Shown here piece after piece: positions 9,743 through 19,631 of a DNA stretch of 49,495 nucleotides. Origin of the DNA: Candidatus Allocopromorpha excrementigallinarum (lineage in GTDB: Bacteria > Bacillota > Clostridia > Peptostreptococcales > Anaerovoracaceae); assembly GCA_018714925.1 (NCBI GenBank), contig DVMP01000163.1, positions 1 through 49,495 on the forward strand. Direction: 5' to 3'. A model generated the notes under the pieces. The model searched no databases, was not told the DNA's origin, and was given only the letters and a program-made list of their open reading frames with translations. The position numbers were made by a program, and so were the translations under genes. Every line of letters starts with the position of its first letter. The first letter of the stretch is position 1.

Positions 9743-11761
9743 TTATTTCTTCACTATTCCGTAGTAAAGTCTGGCCGTAAGCTTGTAGACGATAACATAT
9801 AGAACAGCGAAGGCCAGGAAGGTTCCCGCGGTGCACAGGGCGAAAAGCTTCATATTGAAGAAGTTCAGCAGCATGAGGATTCTGAATATAAACGGGAAGG
9901 CAAAGGCCACATGCACACCTGCCGTTATTAGAGGCAGGAAGAATACTGTGAGCACCTGAGAGTTTATGGTGCGCTTTACCTCTCTGTGGCTCATTCCCAC
10001 GTTCTGAAGGATTTCAAAGCGCTTCTTGTCTTCGTAGCCCTCTGTTATCTGCTTGTAATACATTATCAATATGGCCGCCATGGTGAAGAGGAGGCTAAGG
10101 AATGTTCCCAGGAAGTAAAGGCCTGAGAAGGTATCGTGAAAGCTGTCCTCCTGGGCGGTACGGCACTCAATGGTTCCATGAAAGCCCTTTGTGTCTATAA
10201 GGTTTTCAAGCTGCGGCAGCGTGTTTTCATAGGCCGCCATTATATTATCCCTGTTTTCCTCACTATCTCCCTTTACATCAGCCATGTAATCTATGACTAT
10301 ATCGCTGGCGTTTTCTCCGTATGAAGCCGCGTTGGCTTCATAAAGCTCTTCTATTACAGACATATCCTTTACAACTATGAAATAGCTGTTGGTTATGTTG
10401 GCGGCAGCGCTGCCGTTTTTCATAAAGGAGCTGAGAGTGTTTTTTATTTTAAAGCTACAGTCGAATATTTCAAGCTCATCCTCTTTGACCTCCTGTCTGT
10501 TGGAGTATACCAGTATTTCTCCCTCATTGAGAACCTGGTGCATGTTCATGCAGGTGTTGTAATCCTCCAGAGGAACGAATACCAGATTCATAAGTCTGTT
10601 ATAGGCGTCAAAGGAGGAGAGTCCTTCGTAGCGGGAGGTGTCTGTAACCATTTCACTGCCTTCCTTTACAGCAGATATGGTAAGGCTCCTGTATCGCGTC
10701 TGATTTTCCATCTCAAGCCCCTCACGGGCAAAGGCGTCCTCCGTTATTTTTACGGCCTCGTCAAAGTTAGGCTCGTCAGCCTGAGCGGATACGCATATTT
10801 CGCTGGGATATCTGTTCATTATAGACTCCTGCATTCCCGCGTATATTGATATGGTGGCGGAAACAGTTACCAGCACCATGGTGGAAAGAATGCATATGTT
10901 GGCCAGTCCGACGGCGTTTCGCTTCATCCTGTACATCATCCCGGATACGCTGACAAAGTGCTTTGATTTATAGTAGTAATTCCTGTTTTTCTTAAGCAGC
11001 TTCAGCAGAGCGATACTGCCGGCCGTAAAAAGCATATAGGTGCCGACGATTACCAGGCCTACGGCTCCGAAAAAGTAGGCGAAGGCTGAAACGGGATTTT
11101 CGGTGGTAATGGCTATAATATAGCCGGCGGCAAGGCAGGCTGCTCCGAGAACCGCCAGCGCCCACTTGGCTTTAGGCTCCTTTTCTCCAGCCGACTCGCT
11201 CCGGAGAAGCTCCACCGGCTTGGCTCCTCTGATATGTCTCACTGAGTTGAGGAATATCAGCAGAAATATAGCTCCGAAGAGAATGAGAGAGGAGAATATT
11301 CCCACCGCCGATACGTAGAACCCCATAGGGATGGAAGCGCCCAGCATCTTCAGTATTATTAGATACATCAGCTTGTCCAGCACTATACCCGCTCCTATGC
11401 CCAGAGCCATGGAGACTATAAAGGTATAGAGGGTCTCAAAGCCTATAATCTTGCTTATGTGTCTCTTTTCAAGGCCCAGTATGTTGTAGAGGCCGAATTC
11501 TCTGGTACGCCGTTTCATCAGGAAGCTGTTTATATAAAACAGGAATATTACGGCAAAGAGCGCCACTATCCACTGACCGATGCTCATATAGGACTGTATC
11601 ATTTCTCCTCCCCAGAGATTTGAAAGTCCGCTGTTTCCGGCAAGAGAGCTTACAATGTAGAACATGGCTATGGTTATGATACATGATATTATATAGGGAA
11701 TATAGGTCTTTCGGCTGCTCTTCATGTTTGTAAAGGCCATTCCCGGATAAAGCTTAACCAT
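9743..11761 (-). CDS. ABC transporter permease, BceB/FtsX-like (antimicrobial peptide resistance type)
   Basis: FLFYINSFLMKRRTREFGLYNILGL, about 10 TM with a large extracellular loop, YYKQITEG.EDKKRF. Start set at ATG 11761 (MVKLYPG), overlapping the ATPase stop. Confidence 0.92.
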   Translation of the reverse strand: MVKLYPGMAFTNMKSSRKTYIPYIISCIITIAMFYIVSSLAGNSGLSNLWGGEMIQSYMSIGQWIVALFAVIFLFYINSFLMKRRTREFGLYNILGLEKRHISKIIGFETLYTFIVSMALGIGAGIVLDKLMYLIILKMLGASIPMGFYVSAVGIFSSLILFGAIFLLIFLNSVRHIRGAKPVELLRSESAGEKEPKAKWALAVLGAACLAAGYIIAITTENPVSAFAYFFGAVGLVIVGTYMLFTAGSIALLKLLKKNRNYYYKSKHFVSVSGMMYRMKRNAVGLANICILSTMVLVTVSATISIYAGMQESIMNRYPSEICVSAQADEPNFDEAVKITEDAFAREGLEMENQTRYRSLTISAVKEGSEMVTDTSRYEGLSSFDAYNRLMNLVFVPLEDYNTCMNMHQVLNEGEILVYSNRQEVKEDELEIFDCSFKIKNTLSSFMKNGSAAANITNSYFIVVKDMSVIEELYEANAASYGENASDIVIDYMADVKGDSEENRDNIMAAYENTLPQLENLIDTKGFHGTIECRTAQEDSFHDTFSGLYFLGTFLSLLFTMAAILIMYYKQITEGYEDKKRFEILQNVGMSHREVKRTINSQVLTVFFLPLITAGVHVAFAFPFIFRILMLLNFFNMKLFALCTAGTFLAFAVLYVIVYKLTARLYYGIVKK

Positions 11762-12521
11762 TGAAACCACCACCAGTCGCCATAGCAGTGAGTGTATCGG
11801 ATATTTTCTGGAACATAGCCTCATTGGTGGAGGTGCCTCTGTACAGCTGATGGAAAATGGTTCCGTCACTGATAAAGAGAACTCTTCCGGCGTGACTGGC
11901 AGCCTTTACAGAGTGGGTTACCATTATTATGGTCTGACCGTCACGGTTTATATCACTGAAGAGCCTTAAAAGATCATCGGCAGCCCTTGAATCCAGAGCT
12001 CCTGTAGGCTCGTCGGCAAGGACAAGCTTTGGAGAGGTTATCAGGGCTCTGGCTATAGCGGCTCTCTGCTTCTGTCCTCCGGAAACCTCGTATGGATATT
12101 TGTAAAGTATATCGGATATACCCAGCTTGGCTGCCAGAGGCTTTAGGAGCTTGTTCATCTCCTGATACTTTTTGCCTGATAAAACGAGAGGCAGAAATAT
12201 ATTGTCCATAAGGTTAAAGGTGTCCAGAAGGTTGAAATCCTGGAACACGAAGCCCAGATTGTTTCTCCTGAAGGCGGAGATCTGCTTTTCGCTTATGGTG
12301 GTTATATCCTTTCCTTCAAGGAGCACCTGTCCTCTTGTAGGCTTGTCAAGGGCGGCCAGTATATTCAGCAGAGTAGTTTTTCCCGAGCCTGATTCACCCA
12401 TTACAGCCACATATTCGCCCTCTTCAACGGAAAAGCTTACATTGCTGAGGGCCTGGACGCTGCTGCCCCCAAACCGTGTGGTGTATATTTTTTTAAGATT
12501 TTTGACTTCTAAAACAGCCAT
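11754..12521 (-). CDS. ABC transporter ATP-binding protein, BceA-like
   Basis: GESGSGKT, VSGGQKQR, LADEPTGALD, MVTH. Confidence 0.95.
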   Translation of the reverse strand: MAVLEVKNLKKIYTTRFGGSSVQALSNVSFSVEEGEYVAVMGESGSGKTTLLNILAALDKPTRGQVLLEGKDITTISEKQISAFRRNNLGFVFQDFNLLDTFNLMDNIFLPLVLSGKKYQEMNKLLKPLAAKLGISDILYKYPYEVSGGQKQRAAIARALITSPKLVLADEPTGALDSRAADDLLRLFSDINRDGQTIIMVTHSVKAASHAGRVLFISDGTIFHQLYRGTSTNEAMFQKISDTLTAMATGGGFNG

Positions 12522-12635
12522 TTTTCATTCCTCCTTAAGTCATAAGGCCAAGGCGTGCCGCGGCGCTTGCGCCTTTCCCCTTTTTTCTGACAGGAAAATG
12601 ATATCAAAGAAAAAAAGACAGTGCCATAGATCTGT

Positions 12636-12671
12636 CTTTCATAACAGCAGTAAATCTTTCAGTTTTGAAAG
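12636..12671. promoter_or_regulatory. Candidate response-regulator operator upstream of the ABC genes
   Basis: Perfect palindrome CTTTCA-N4-TGAAAG (12656-12671) plus an extra CTTTCA half-site at 12636-12641; geometry matches BceR-type CTTACA-N4-TGTAAG boxes. Confidence 0.6.
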
Positions 12672-12679
12672 GTTGGAAT

Positions 12680-13681
12680 CTATTCCCTTACCATACGGCG
12701 TCTTGACAGGTCTATGAAAACCCTGGTGCCCCGGCCGGGAGCCGACTCTATTTTCATGGTGTGGGAAAGGCGTTTAAGTATTTCTTTGCACAGGTAGAGC
12801 CCGAGTCCCGTTGATTTTTTATCTGTGCGTCCGTTGTATCCTGTGAAGCCCTTTTCCCCAAGCCTCGATATATCCTCGGGGGCGATGCCTATGCCGGTAT
12901 CTTCTATAACAAGAGTCTGAGGCTGAACCGCGTATATGGAAATAGAACCCTTTTTCGTATATTTAAGAGAATTGGAAAGTATTTGCTCTATGACAAACTG
13001 AAGCCATTTTTCGTCTGTTACGGCATTTATATCCATGGGGGCTATATTTACCTTTATTTTTTTCGCTATAAAGAGAGGCGCGTACTTTCTTACAGCCTGT
13101 CGCACAATGGTGAGGACGGAATATTCTTTAAACACATAGTCTGTGGTCTCAGATTCAAGGCGTACATAGGAAAGAGCCATTTCAACGTACTGCTCGATTT
13201 TAAAAAGCTCTGCGCCCAGGGGAGAGTTTCTTTCCTCTTCAGTCATGAGAAGGCGCATGGCCGATATAGGCACCTTTACCTGATGAACCCACATGGTGTA
13301 GTAATCGGACATATAGCTTTTGGCCTCTTCGTTTTCCGAGATAAGCCGGTTCTGGGCGGAAAAGAGATCATAGAGAAGCTTCTGATAATCCGACTCAATG
13401 GGATTTGCCGGCTCGGGAAGACCGTTTAAGGTTATTCCTATGGTTTTGTCTATGAGCATTAGTGTTCTGTGTCTTGAGAAAAATCGTATGAAGTCCACAA
13501 AGACGGCCACAAAGCCGAGGCAGGCGCAGAGCAGGGAAGCGTATATGACAGCGTCCTGAGACAGACTGTAGAGATTGAAGATAAAGGCGAAAATGAGAAC
13601 AAAGGATAAAAAGAGGGCGAAAACCCCCAGCCTGCTTTTTATATATAGAAGGATGCATTGTCCCGCGGATTTGATTTTCAT
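12680..13681 (-). CDS. Intramembrane-sensing histidine kinase, BceS-like
   Basis: Two closely spaced N-terminal TMs, WVHQVKVP H-box, EQILSNSLKY, DTGIGI, STGLGLYL. Confidence 0.93.
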   Translation of the reverse strand: MKIKSAGQCILLYIKSRLGVFALFLSFVLIFAFIFNLYSLSQDAVIYASLLCACLGFVAVFVDFIRFFSRHRTLMLIDKTIGITLNGLPEPANPIESDYQKLLYDLFSAQNRLISENEEAKSYMSDYYTMWVHQVKVPISAMRLLMTEEERNSPLGAELFKIEQYVEMALSYVRLESETTDYVFKEYSVLTIVRQAVRKYAPLFIAKKIKVNIAPMDINAVTDEKWLQFVIEQILSNSLKYTKKGSISIYAVQPQTLVIEDTGIGIAPEDISRLGEKGFTGYNGRTDKKSTGLGLYLCKEILKRLSHTMKIESAPGRGTRVFIDLSRRRMVRE

Positions 13682-14352
13682 TCTATAATATAACCTAAGC
13701 CTTTCTTTGTTTTTATAAGGTCGTCTATCCCTATGGAGGCGAGGGTTTTACGGAGCCTTGTCACGTTAACGGAGAGTGTGTTTTCATCAACAAAGGAGTC
13801 GGTTTCCCAAAGCTTGTTCATAAGGGTATCCCTTGAAACCGTGCGGCCTTTGTTTTCCAGCAGCGTGGAGAGTATTCTGTTCTCGTTTTTTGAAAGCTCG
13901 GCCTTTTTGTCGCCAAAGGTAACGGTCGCGGCCGAGGAATTGAGAAGAACGCCTCTGTGCTGGAAGATTCCCGAGTGGGAGGCGTTAAAGTCATAGGATC
14001 GTCTAAGGAGAGCGTGAACCTTGGTGAGGAGCAGATCCATGTCAAAGGGCTTTGTGACAAAATCGTCGGCTCCCATATTTATGGCCATGATTATATTCAT
14101 GTGATCCCCGGCAGAGGAAATGAACATTACAGGCACCTTTGATATTTTCCTTATCTCCTCGCACCAGTGGTAGCCGTTGAAAAAAGGAAGGGATATATCC
14201 ATGAGGACAAGCTGAGGATCCCATGCTATAAACTGTGCGACGACATCTCTGAAGTCATCGCACAGACGTGCCTCAAAGCCCCAGCTTTCAAGGCGGCGGG
14301 CTATTTCTTTCCCTATAACCTCATCATCTTCAACAATAAAAATCCTGTACAT
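13678..14352 (-). CDS. OmpR-family response regulator, BceR-like
   Basis: IVEDD, LMDISLPFFNGYHWC, GADDFVTKPF, winged helix NTLSVNVTRLRK. 4-nt overlap with the kinase gene. Confidence 0.95.
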   Translation of the reverse strand: MYRIFIVEDDEVIGKEIARRLESWGFEARLCDDFRDVVAQFIAWDPQLVLMDISLPFFNGYHWCEEIRKISKVPVMFISSAGDHMNIIMAINMGADDFVTKPFDMDLLLTKVHALLRRSYDFNASHSGIFQHRGVLLNSSAATVTFGDKKAELSKNENRILSTLLENKGRTVSRDTLMNKLWETDSFVDENTLSVNVTRLRKTLASIGIDDLIKTKKGLGYIIE

Positions 14353-14373
14353 GGTAAACAAATCCTTTCTCTG

Positions 14374-15549
14374 TCAGCCTAAAAGCCTGATATAAAGCTC
14401 AAGCCCCGCCGCAAGTATATCCTCGTCAAAGTCAAAATCGCTGCTGTGGAGAGGAATGCCTGTCCCTGTACCAAGAATGAAAAATACGGCGGGAGCGTAA
14501 AGTCCGTAAAAGGAAAAGTCCTCTGATATCATGAGAGGAAGCTCCATTTCCTCATAGGAAGGAAGGGCCTCAAGTACAGGATGGATTTCTCTGTAAAGCT
14601 CCCTGTTATTAACAACAGGCGGATAGCCGCTGCTGTGAGTAAACTCCACCTGACAGCCGTATTCAGCCTCTATCCGGCGGCAGCAGCTTCTTATGAGATC
14701 TGTTATCTCCTTAAAATCCTCGTCGCTGAAGGCTCTCACAGTGCCCAGTATGTGGGAGTAATCGGAAACCACATTTCTGGCGTAGCCGCTTTCCATTTTT
14801 CCGAAGTGGATCAGAGTTCTTTCATCGGGAGCTGCAGGGGGAGCCGTCGGTATATCTCCTGTCCCCCGGGGAAAGTGGGGTATGGCTCCCGGTCTTTGAG
14901 AATGCTCCGTATATATGCTTCTTATGAGGGAGGCGCTTATATAAAGGGCGTCATTCCCCTCATAGGGAGCGGTTCCGTGAGCGGCCTTTCCGCGGATGTG
15001 CAGGTTTATTTCCGCGGATCTGGGCATAAAGGCTCCGGGCTTTGAAGCTATGACCGATTTTTCCTTAAAGGGCCACAGGTGAATTCCAAAAACTCTTGTT
15101 ACATTATACTTTTCCAGTATTCCTGTTCTGCATATTTCCTCGGCGCCGCCCAGGGTCTCCTCGGCGGGCTGGAATATTAGAAGCACATTGTGATTGAGAC
15201 CGGCGCGGCTGTTCACGTATTCTCCAAGGGCAAGGGTCATGGCCATGTGGCCGTCGTGACCGCAGGCGTGCATCCTTCCTCTGTGGAGAGACACATATTC
15301 GCATATATTTTTTTCTTCTATGGGGAGCCCGTCCATGTCTGAACGAAAGGCAAAGGTGTCCTTCTGTCCCATGTCGAAGAAAGCGCATATTCCGGAGCCG
15401 CACATGAAGGTCAGAGAGCAGTCGAGGCTTTCGAGCACCGAAAGAAGATATTTTTTCGTTTCCGGCAGCTCCCTGTCCAGCTCAGGTATCATATGGAGGC
15501 TTCTTCTGTGCCGCCTGAGCTTTGATATATATAGCGCCTGATTTTCCAT
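14374..15549 (-). CDS. M20D-family amidohydrolase
   Basis: LH..PEL, FRSDMDGLPI, MHACGHDGH, FQPAEE, GIHLWP, SEDFSFY, PLHS..FDFDE. Confidence 0.92.
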   Translation of the reverse strand: MENQALYISKLRRHRRSLHMIPELDRELPETKKYLLSVLESLDCSLTFMCGSGICAFFDMGQKDTFAFRSDMDGLPIEEKNICEYVSLHRGRMHACGHDGHMAMTLALGEYVNSRAGLNHNVLLIFQPAEETLGGAEEICRTGILEKYNVTRVFGIHLWPFKEKSVIASKPGAFMPRSAEINLHIRGKAAHGTAPYEGNDALYISASLIRSIYTEHSQRPGAIPHFPRGTGDIPTAPPAAPDERTLIHFGKMESGYARNVVSDYSHILGTVRAFSDEDFKEITDLIRSCCRRIEAEYGCQVEFTHSSGYPPVVNNRELYREIHPVLEALPSYEEMELPLMISEDFSFYGLYAPAVFFILGTGTGIPLHSSDFDFDEDILAAGLELYIRLLG

Positions 15550-15639
15550 AGTTTTTCACAGTCCTTTGCATTTTTTCTTAATAATACCATATGAAAAACG
15601 CCATGGCAAATAAGCCGGCAATGAAGTATAATCATAAAT

Positions 15640-17007
15640 ATGATGAAGCTTACGGAAAGACCTGAAAAGATCATATTGGAAATTCTGGAAAAGGCAGGAT
15701 ATGAGGCTTATTTCGCCGGAGGCTGTGTAAGGGAATGCTTTTCGGGGGAGACAGCGGGCGCAGGGGATATAGATATTGCCACCAATGCTCTTCCGGAGGA
15801 GGTAAAAAAGACTTTCGGAGGATGGAAAACAGTCGATACAGGCATAGCCCACGGCACGGTAACGGTAATAATGCCCGAGGACAGAGGCCGTGCCGAAATA
15901 ACCACCTACAGAAGCGACGGCGTATACGGAGACTGCCGCCATCCCGATAAGGTGGAGTTTATAGGCTCTCTTAAGGAGGATCTGAGGCGGAGAGACTTTA
16001 CCATGAACGCCATGGCCATGGACATAAGAGGACGGCTGGAGGATCCTTTCGGAGGAAGGGACGATATTAAAGGAAAAACTGTAAGGGCAGTAGGAGACGC
16101 GGGAGAGCGGTTTCGAGAAGACGGACTGAGAATAATGCGGGCCGTGAGATTTTCTTCTGTTCTGGGCTTTTCACTGGAGGAAAAAACAGAAAGGGCTGCC
16201 TTTGAAAACAGGAAGCTTCTCAGCAGGATCTCCGCGGAAAGGCTCTTTTCGGAGTTCAGAAAGACTGTGACGGGAAAAGACGCCGGAAAAGCGGTGAGAA
16301 AGTATACGGATATTATAGGAGTGTTCATGCCGGAGCTGGAAGCCATGAAGGGCTTTGATCAGAGGAGCCGGTACCACAGATACGATGTTCTGGAGCATTG
16401 TATAAGAGCCATGGAGGCAGTGGAGACTACAGAGAAAAACAGAGAGTACATGAAGCTGGCGGCTCTGCTCCACGATATAGGAAAGCCACAGACATACTGT
16501 CATGAGGACCTGGGAAGAGGACATTTTCAGGGGCACGGGGAAAAGGGAGGAGAAATGGTGAAAATACTCCTGCGAAGAATGAAGGTCGACGCCTTTACAA
16601 CGGAGAGAGTGAGCCTCCTTGTGAGAAACCATGACCTTATGTTTCACAGAAACGAAAGACTTATTAAGGAGCTGATGAGAAAATTTACTCCCGGCATACT
16701 TCTTGAAATACTGGCCGTTAAAAAGGCTGATAACATAGCCACGGGAAACGCCAGCGGACCTCTTCTTGAAAAGTTTGATGAGGTTGGGCGGATGATAGAG
16801 GAAATCACAGCCGGAGGAGACTGCTACAGTCTTGATCAGATGGCTCTCAAGGGTGATGATATAAAGGCGATTGGAGTAAAAGAGGGGCCTCTTGTGGGAA
16901 GACTGCTGGAGGAGCTTCTGGAAAAGGTAATTGACGGCGAGCTGCCCAATGAAAAAAGCAGCCTCACAGAGGCTGCCCAAGGGCTGTATAAAGCATTAAA
17001 GCAGTAG
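15640..17007 (+). CDS. cca: CCA-adding tRNA nucleotidyltransferase with HD domain
   Basis: GGCVR...DIDIAT, EITTYR, DLRRRDFTMNAMA, RFREDGLRIMRAVRF, ISAER, LLHDIGKP. Confidence 0.92.
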   Translation: MMKLTERPEKIILEILEKAGYEAYFAGGCVRECFSGETAGAGDIDIATNALPEEVKKTFGGWKTVDTGIAHGTVTVIMPEDRGRAEITTYRSDGVYGDCRHPDKVEFIGSLKEDLRRRDFTMNAMAMDIRGRLEDPFGGRDDIKGKTVRAVGDAGERFREDGLRIMRAVRFSSVLGFSLEEKTERAAFENRKLLSRISAERLFSEFRKTVTGKDAGKAVRKYTDIIGVFMPELEAMKGFDQRSRYHRYDVLEHCIRAMEAVETTEKNREYMKLAALLHDIGKPQTYCHEDLGRGHFQGHGEKGGEMVKILLRRMKVDAFTTERVSLLVRNHDLMFHRNERLIKELMRKFTPGILLEILAVKKADNIATGNASGPLLEKFDEVGRMIEEITAGGDCYSLDQMALKGDDIKAIGVKEGPLVGRLLEELLEKVIDGELPNEKSSLTEAAQGLYKALKQ

Positions 17008-18201
17008 CTATATACCTATTTTAAGAAGCTCGATAAACTGCTTCGCGGTTCTCGGGCTTCTTCCGTTTTTTCTTATGGCGTGAGCCTCGGCCCTTCTGAA
17101 GAGCTCATGGTCATCCATCTCTATGCCGTATTCACGGGCCAGAGCTTTTACAATGGACAGGTATTCCTCCTTGTCAGGCTTCTGGAAGGTAATGGCAAGT
17201 CCGAATCTCGCCGCGAGACTCATGGTCTCCTGCATGGTGTCGTTTAAATGAAGCTCATCCCCCGCTCTGTCGGCAAAGGTTTCCTTAACCAGGTGTCTTC
17301 TGTTGCTGGTGGCGTATATGACGCAGTTGTCGCCGCAGCCTGAGATGCTTCCTTCGAGGGTGGCCTTAAGAGCAGAGAAATTGTCATCGTTACCCGAAAA
17401 GCTGAGATCATCTATAAAGAGGATAAATTTAAGAGGATTGGAGGACAGCTCCTCCATGAGAGCCGGTATCTGATACAGCTGGTTTTTTTTCACCTCTATT
17501 ATTCTGAGACCCTCTGGAGCAAAATGAGCTGCCACAGCCTTTACAGAGGAGCTTTTTCCTGTGCCGGCGTCTCCGTAGAGAAGCATGTTGCTGGCGCCTG
17601 TGCCGTCAATAAGGGCACGGGTGTTTTTTATTATGAGACTCCTTTCCCTTTCGTAGCCGAAAAGGCTTTCAAGGGGCTGAAAGTCAGGATGAGCCACAGG
17701 TACTATGCTGCCCTGATCCACTCTGAAAAAGGAGTACCTGGCGTATATACCGTAGCCGGTGCGTCCGATGCTTTCCAGCTTTTCCGCGAAATCACGGTGA
17801 AGGTCTGAGGCTTCCGTGCGCCAGGAGGGAAGATATCCGTCATAATCAATGGCATCCGCCGCATCCTGGGAGGAAAAAGCGCATACATTCTGAAGGATGT
17901 CTATCTCCCGGCGGGCGGCCTCATCAGCCTCTCTGTCCGTAGGGCGCCCGGAGGCCTTTTCCTTTACGTAGAAATTATCGTCCTCCATTACCCTGCTCTT
18001 TACATACTCTGTAAGGCTGGCGGTGTGGGGCAGCAGCGCCGCCGCAAAGGAGCCCCAGGCCGCCACGGCGGCTTCCGTGTCATTTGCGCACAGGGCCTTC
18101 AGAAGCCTTCGAAGCTTCCTGATTACAGGGTCCTTTTTTATCTGGGAAAATACAGCCAGAGAATCCAGCTGCAGCTTAAGCTTGTAAAATCTGTCGTTCA
18201 T
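17008..18201 (-). CDS. DUF815-type AAA+ ATPase
   Basis: NMLLYGDAGTGKSS, KFILFIDDLSF, LKATLEG, YATSNRRHL, SLAARFGL, GRSPRTA.QF. Confidence 0.88.
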   Translation of the reverse strand: MNDRFYKLKLQLDSLAVFSQIKKDPVIRKLRRLLKALCANDTEAAVAAWGSFAAALLPHTASLTEYVKSRVMEDDNFYVKEKASGRPTDREADEAARREIDILQNVCAFSSQDAADAIDYDGYLPSWRTEASDLHRDFAEKLESIGRTGYGIYARYSFFRVDQGSIVPVAHPDFQPLESLFGYERERSLIIKNTRALIDGTGASNMLLYGDAGTGKSSSVKAVAAHFAPEGLRIIEVKKNQLYQIPALMEELSSNPLKFILFIDDLSFSGNDDNFSALKATLEGSISGCGDNCVIYATSNRRHLVKETFADRAGDELHLNDTMQETMSLAARFGLAITFQKPDKEEYLSIVKALAREYGIEMDDHELFRRAEAHAIRKNGRSPRTAKQFIELLKIGI

Positions 18202-18317
18202 GGTGTTTTCTCCTGTTCTGATCTATAACAGTTATTATAATACCTAAAAAGGGATTTGTCTTGGGAAAATAACGACGATATGATAAAATCATAGGGTAGT
18301 AATGAAAGGACGCTGAT

Positions 18318-19022
18318 ATGAGACTTAACAAATATATCGCATCCGCCGGCGTATGCAGCAGAAGAAAGGCGGACGAGCTTATAGTAAACGGCAATGTTAA
18401 AATAAACGGAGCCGTAGTAAAGGAGCTTGGCTACGACGTAAAGGAGGGGGAGACCGTATCCGTAAACGGCAGGAGAATAGAGGCCTCCGCCCCAAAGGTC
18501 TACATTGCCCTCAACAAGCCCGAGGGATATATTACCTCCATGAATGATGAAATGGACAGAGCCACAGTGGCTCAGCTGGTAGCCGATATTCCGGAAAGGC
18601 TTTTTCCCGTGGGAAGACTCGACTATAATACATCGGGGCTTCTCCTTATGACCAACGACGGGGATCTGACCTATACTCTAACCCATCCCAAGCACGAGGT
18701 TTATAAAACCTATGTGGCAAAGGTAAAAGGAATCATGTCAGACGCAAGAATAGGAAAGCTGAGAAGGGGCGTTGACATAGGAGGCTTTGTCACTTCCCCG
18801 GCCAAGGTGAGGGTGGTCAGGCAGATGAAAACCTACGCTGTGGTGGAAATAAAAATACACGAGGGAAAGAACAGGCAGGTGAGAAAAATGTTCGCCGCCG
18901 TGGGAAGCAGGGTCATAGAGCTTAAGAGGACAGCCATAGGAGATATAAGGCTGGGAAGGCTCATGGAGGGCCATTACAGAAAGCTGACCGGGGAAGAGAT
19001 AAATTATCTTAAAGGGCTTTAG
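18318..19022 (+). CDS. rluB: rRNA pseudouridine synthase, RsuA/RluB family
   Basis: S4 domain MRLNKYIA..GVCSRRKAD, catalytic GRLD, EGKNRQVRKMF. Confidence 0.9.
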   Translation: MRLNKYIASAGVCSRRKADELIVNGNVKINGAVVKELGYDVKEGETVSVNGRRIEASAPKVYIALNKPEGYITSMNDEMDRATVAQLVADIPERLFPVGRLDYNTSGLLLMTNDGDLTYTLTHPKHEVYKTYVAKVKGIMSDARIGKLRRGVDIGGFVTSPAKVRVVRQMKTYAVVEIKIHEGKNRQVRKMFAAVGSRVIELKRTAIGDIRLGRLMEGHYRKLTGEEINYLKGL

Positions 19023-19116
19023 GAACAACTATGAAAGCCTAATAACAGAATACCCATGTCAAAGGAAAGACTCCTTTCATATTATGTATTATACCAATGT
19101 GAAAGGAGTTTTTATT

Positions 19117-19377
19117 TTGAACTGCAATAAAAGCCTCTCAGGAGGCGTAACAATATACTGCGGAGAATGCGGCGACGGCCCTTCCTCCGGCTATCCATGC
19201 TGCCCGGTTCAGGGAAGCCCCATACCGCGCACCTGCGACTTTGAAACATGGCCTCTGGCCATGGCATACGTTCCCATGCAGCCATGGGAGCAGACCTATG
19301 ATCCGGCGGGAGCCTTAAAGGCGGGTACTCTTTTCCCAAGGCTTGACCTGCCCTTTGCGGGAGGTGGAGTGCTATGA
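19117..19377 (+). CDS. cotJA: Spore coat-associated protein CotJA
   Basis: PLAMAYVPMQPW...Y....AL..GTLFP.LDLP. AAAGGAG at 19102-19108 supports TTG 19117. Confidence 0.85.
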   Translation: MNCNKSLSGGVTIYCGECGDGPSSGYPCCPVQGSPIPRTCDFETWPLAMAYVPMQPWEQTYDPAGALKAGTLFPRLDLPFAGGGVL

Positions 19378-19628
19378 CGCCGAAAACAGAGCTTCTTAGA
19401 AGGATACAGCAGCTGGGCTTTACTGTAACAGAGCTGGGACTGTATCTTGACAGCCAGCCCTCAAGCCCGCAGGCCATGGGTATGCTGCGTACCGCCCGGG
19501 CCGAGTATCTGGCAGCCAGAAAGGAATACGAGGATAATTACGGCCCGCTGGATATAACGGGAGTGAACACTGAAAGGGACGGATGGTCCTGGATAAAGGG
19601 CCCGTGGCCCTGGGAAGGAGAGGATTAG
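19374..19628 (+). CDS. cotJB: Spore coat protein CotJB
   Basis: F...EL.LYLD..P, YE..YGPL, WSWIKGPWPWE; ATGA overlap with cotJA. Confidence 0.93.
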   Translation: MTPKTELLRRIQQLGFTVTELGLYLDSQPSSPQAMGMLRTARAEYLAARKEYEDNYGPLDITGVNTERDGWSWIKGPWPWEGED

Positions 19629-19631
19629 ATT

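Noticed and set aside
11762-11869. N-terminal extensions in the ORF track (permease 11869, ferredoxin 38342, FIST 45966, P-loop protein 38272, MFS 2052)
   Set aside because: In each case a downstream start has a proper Shine-Dalgarno or stop/start coupling and matches the family N-terminus.
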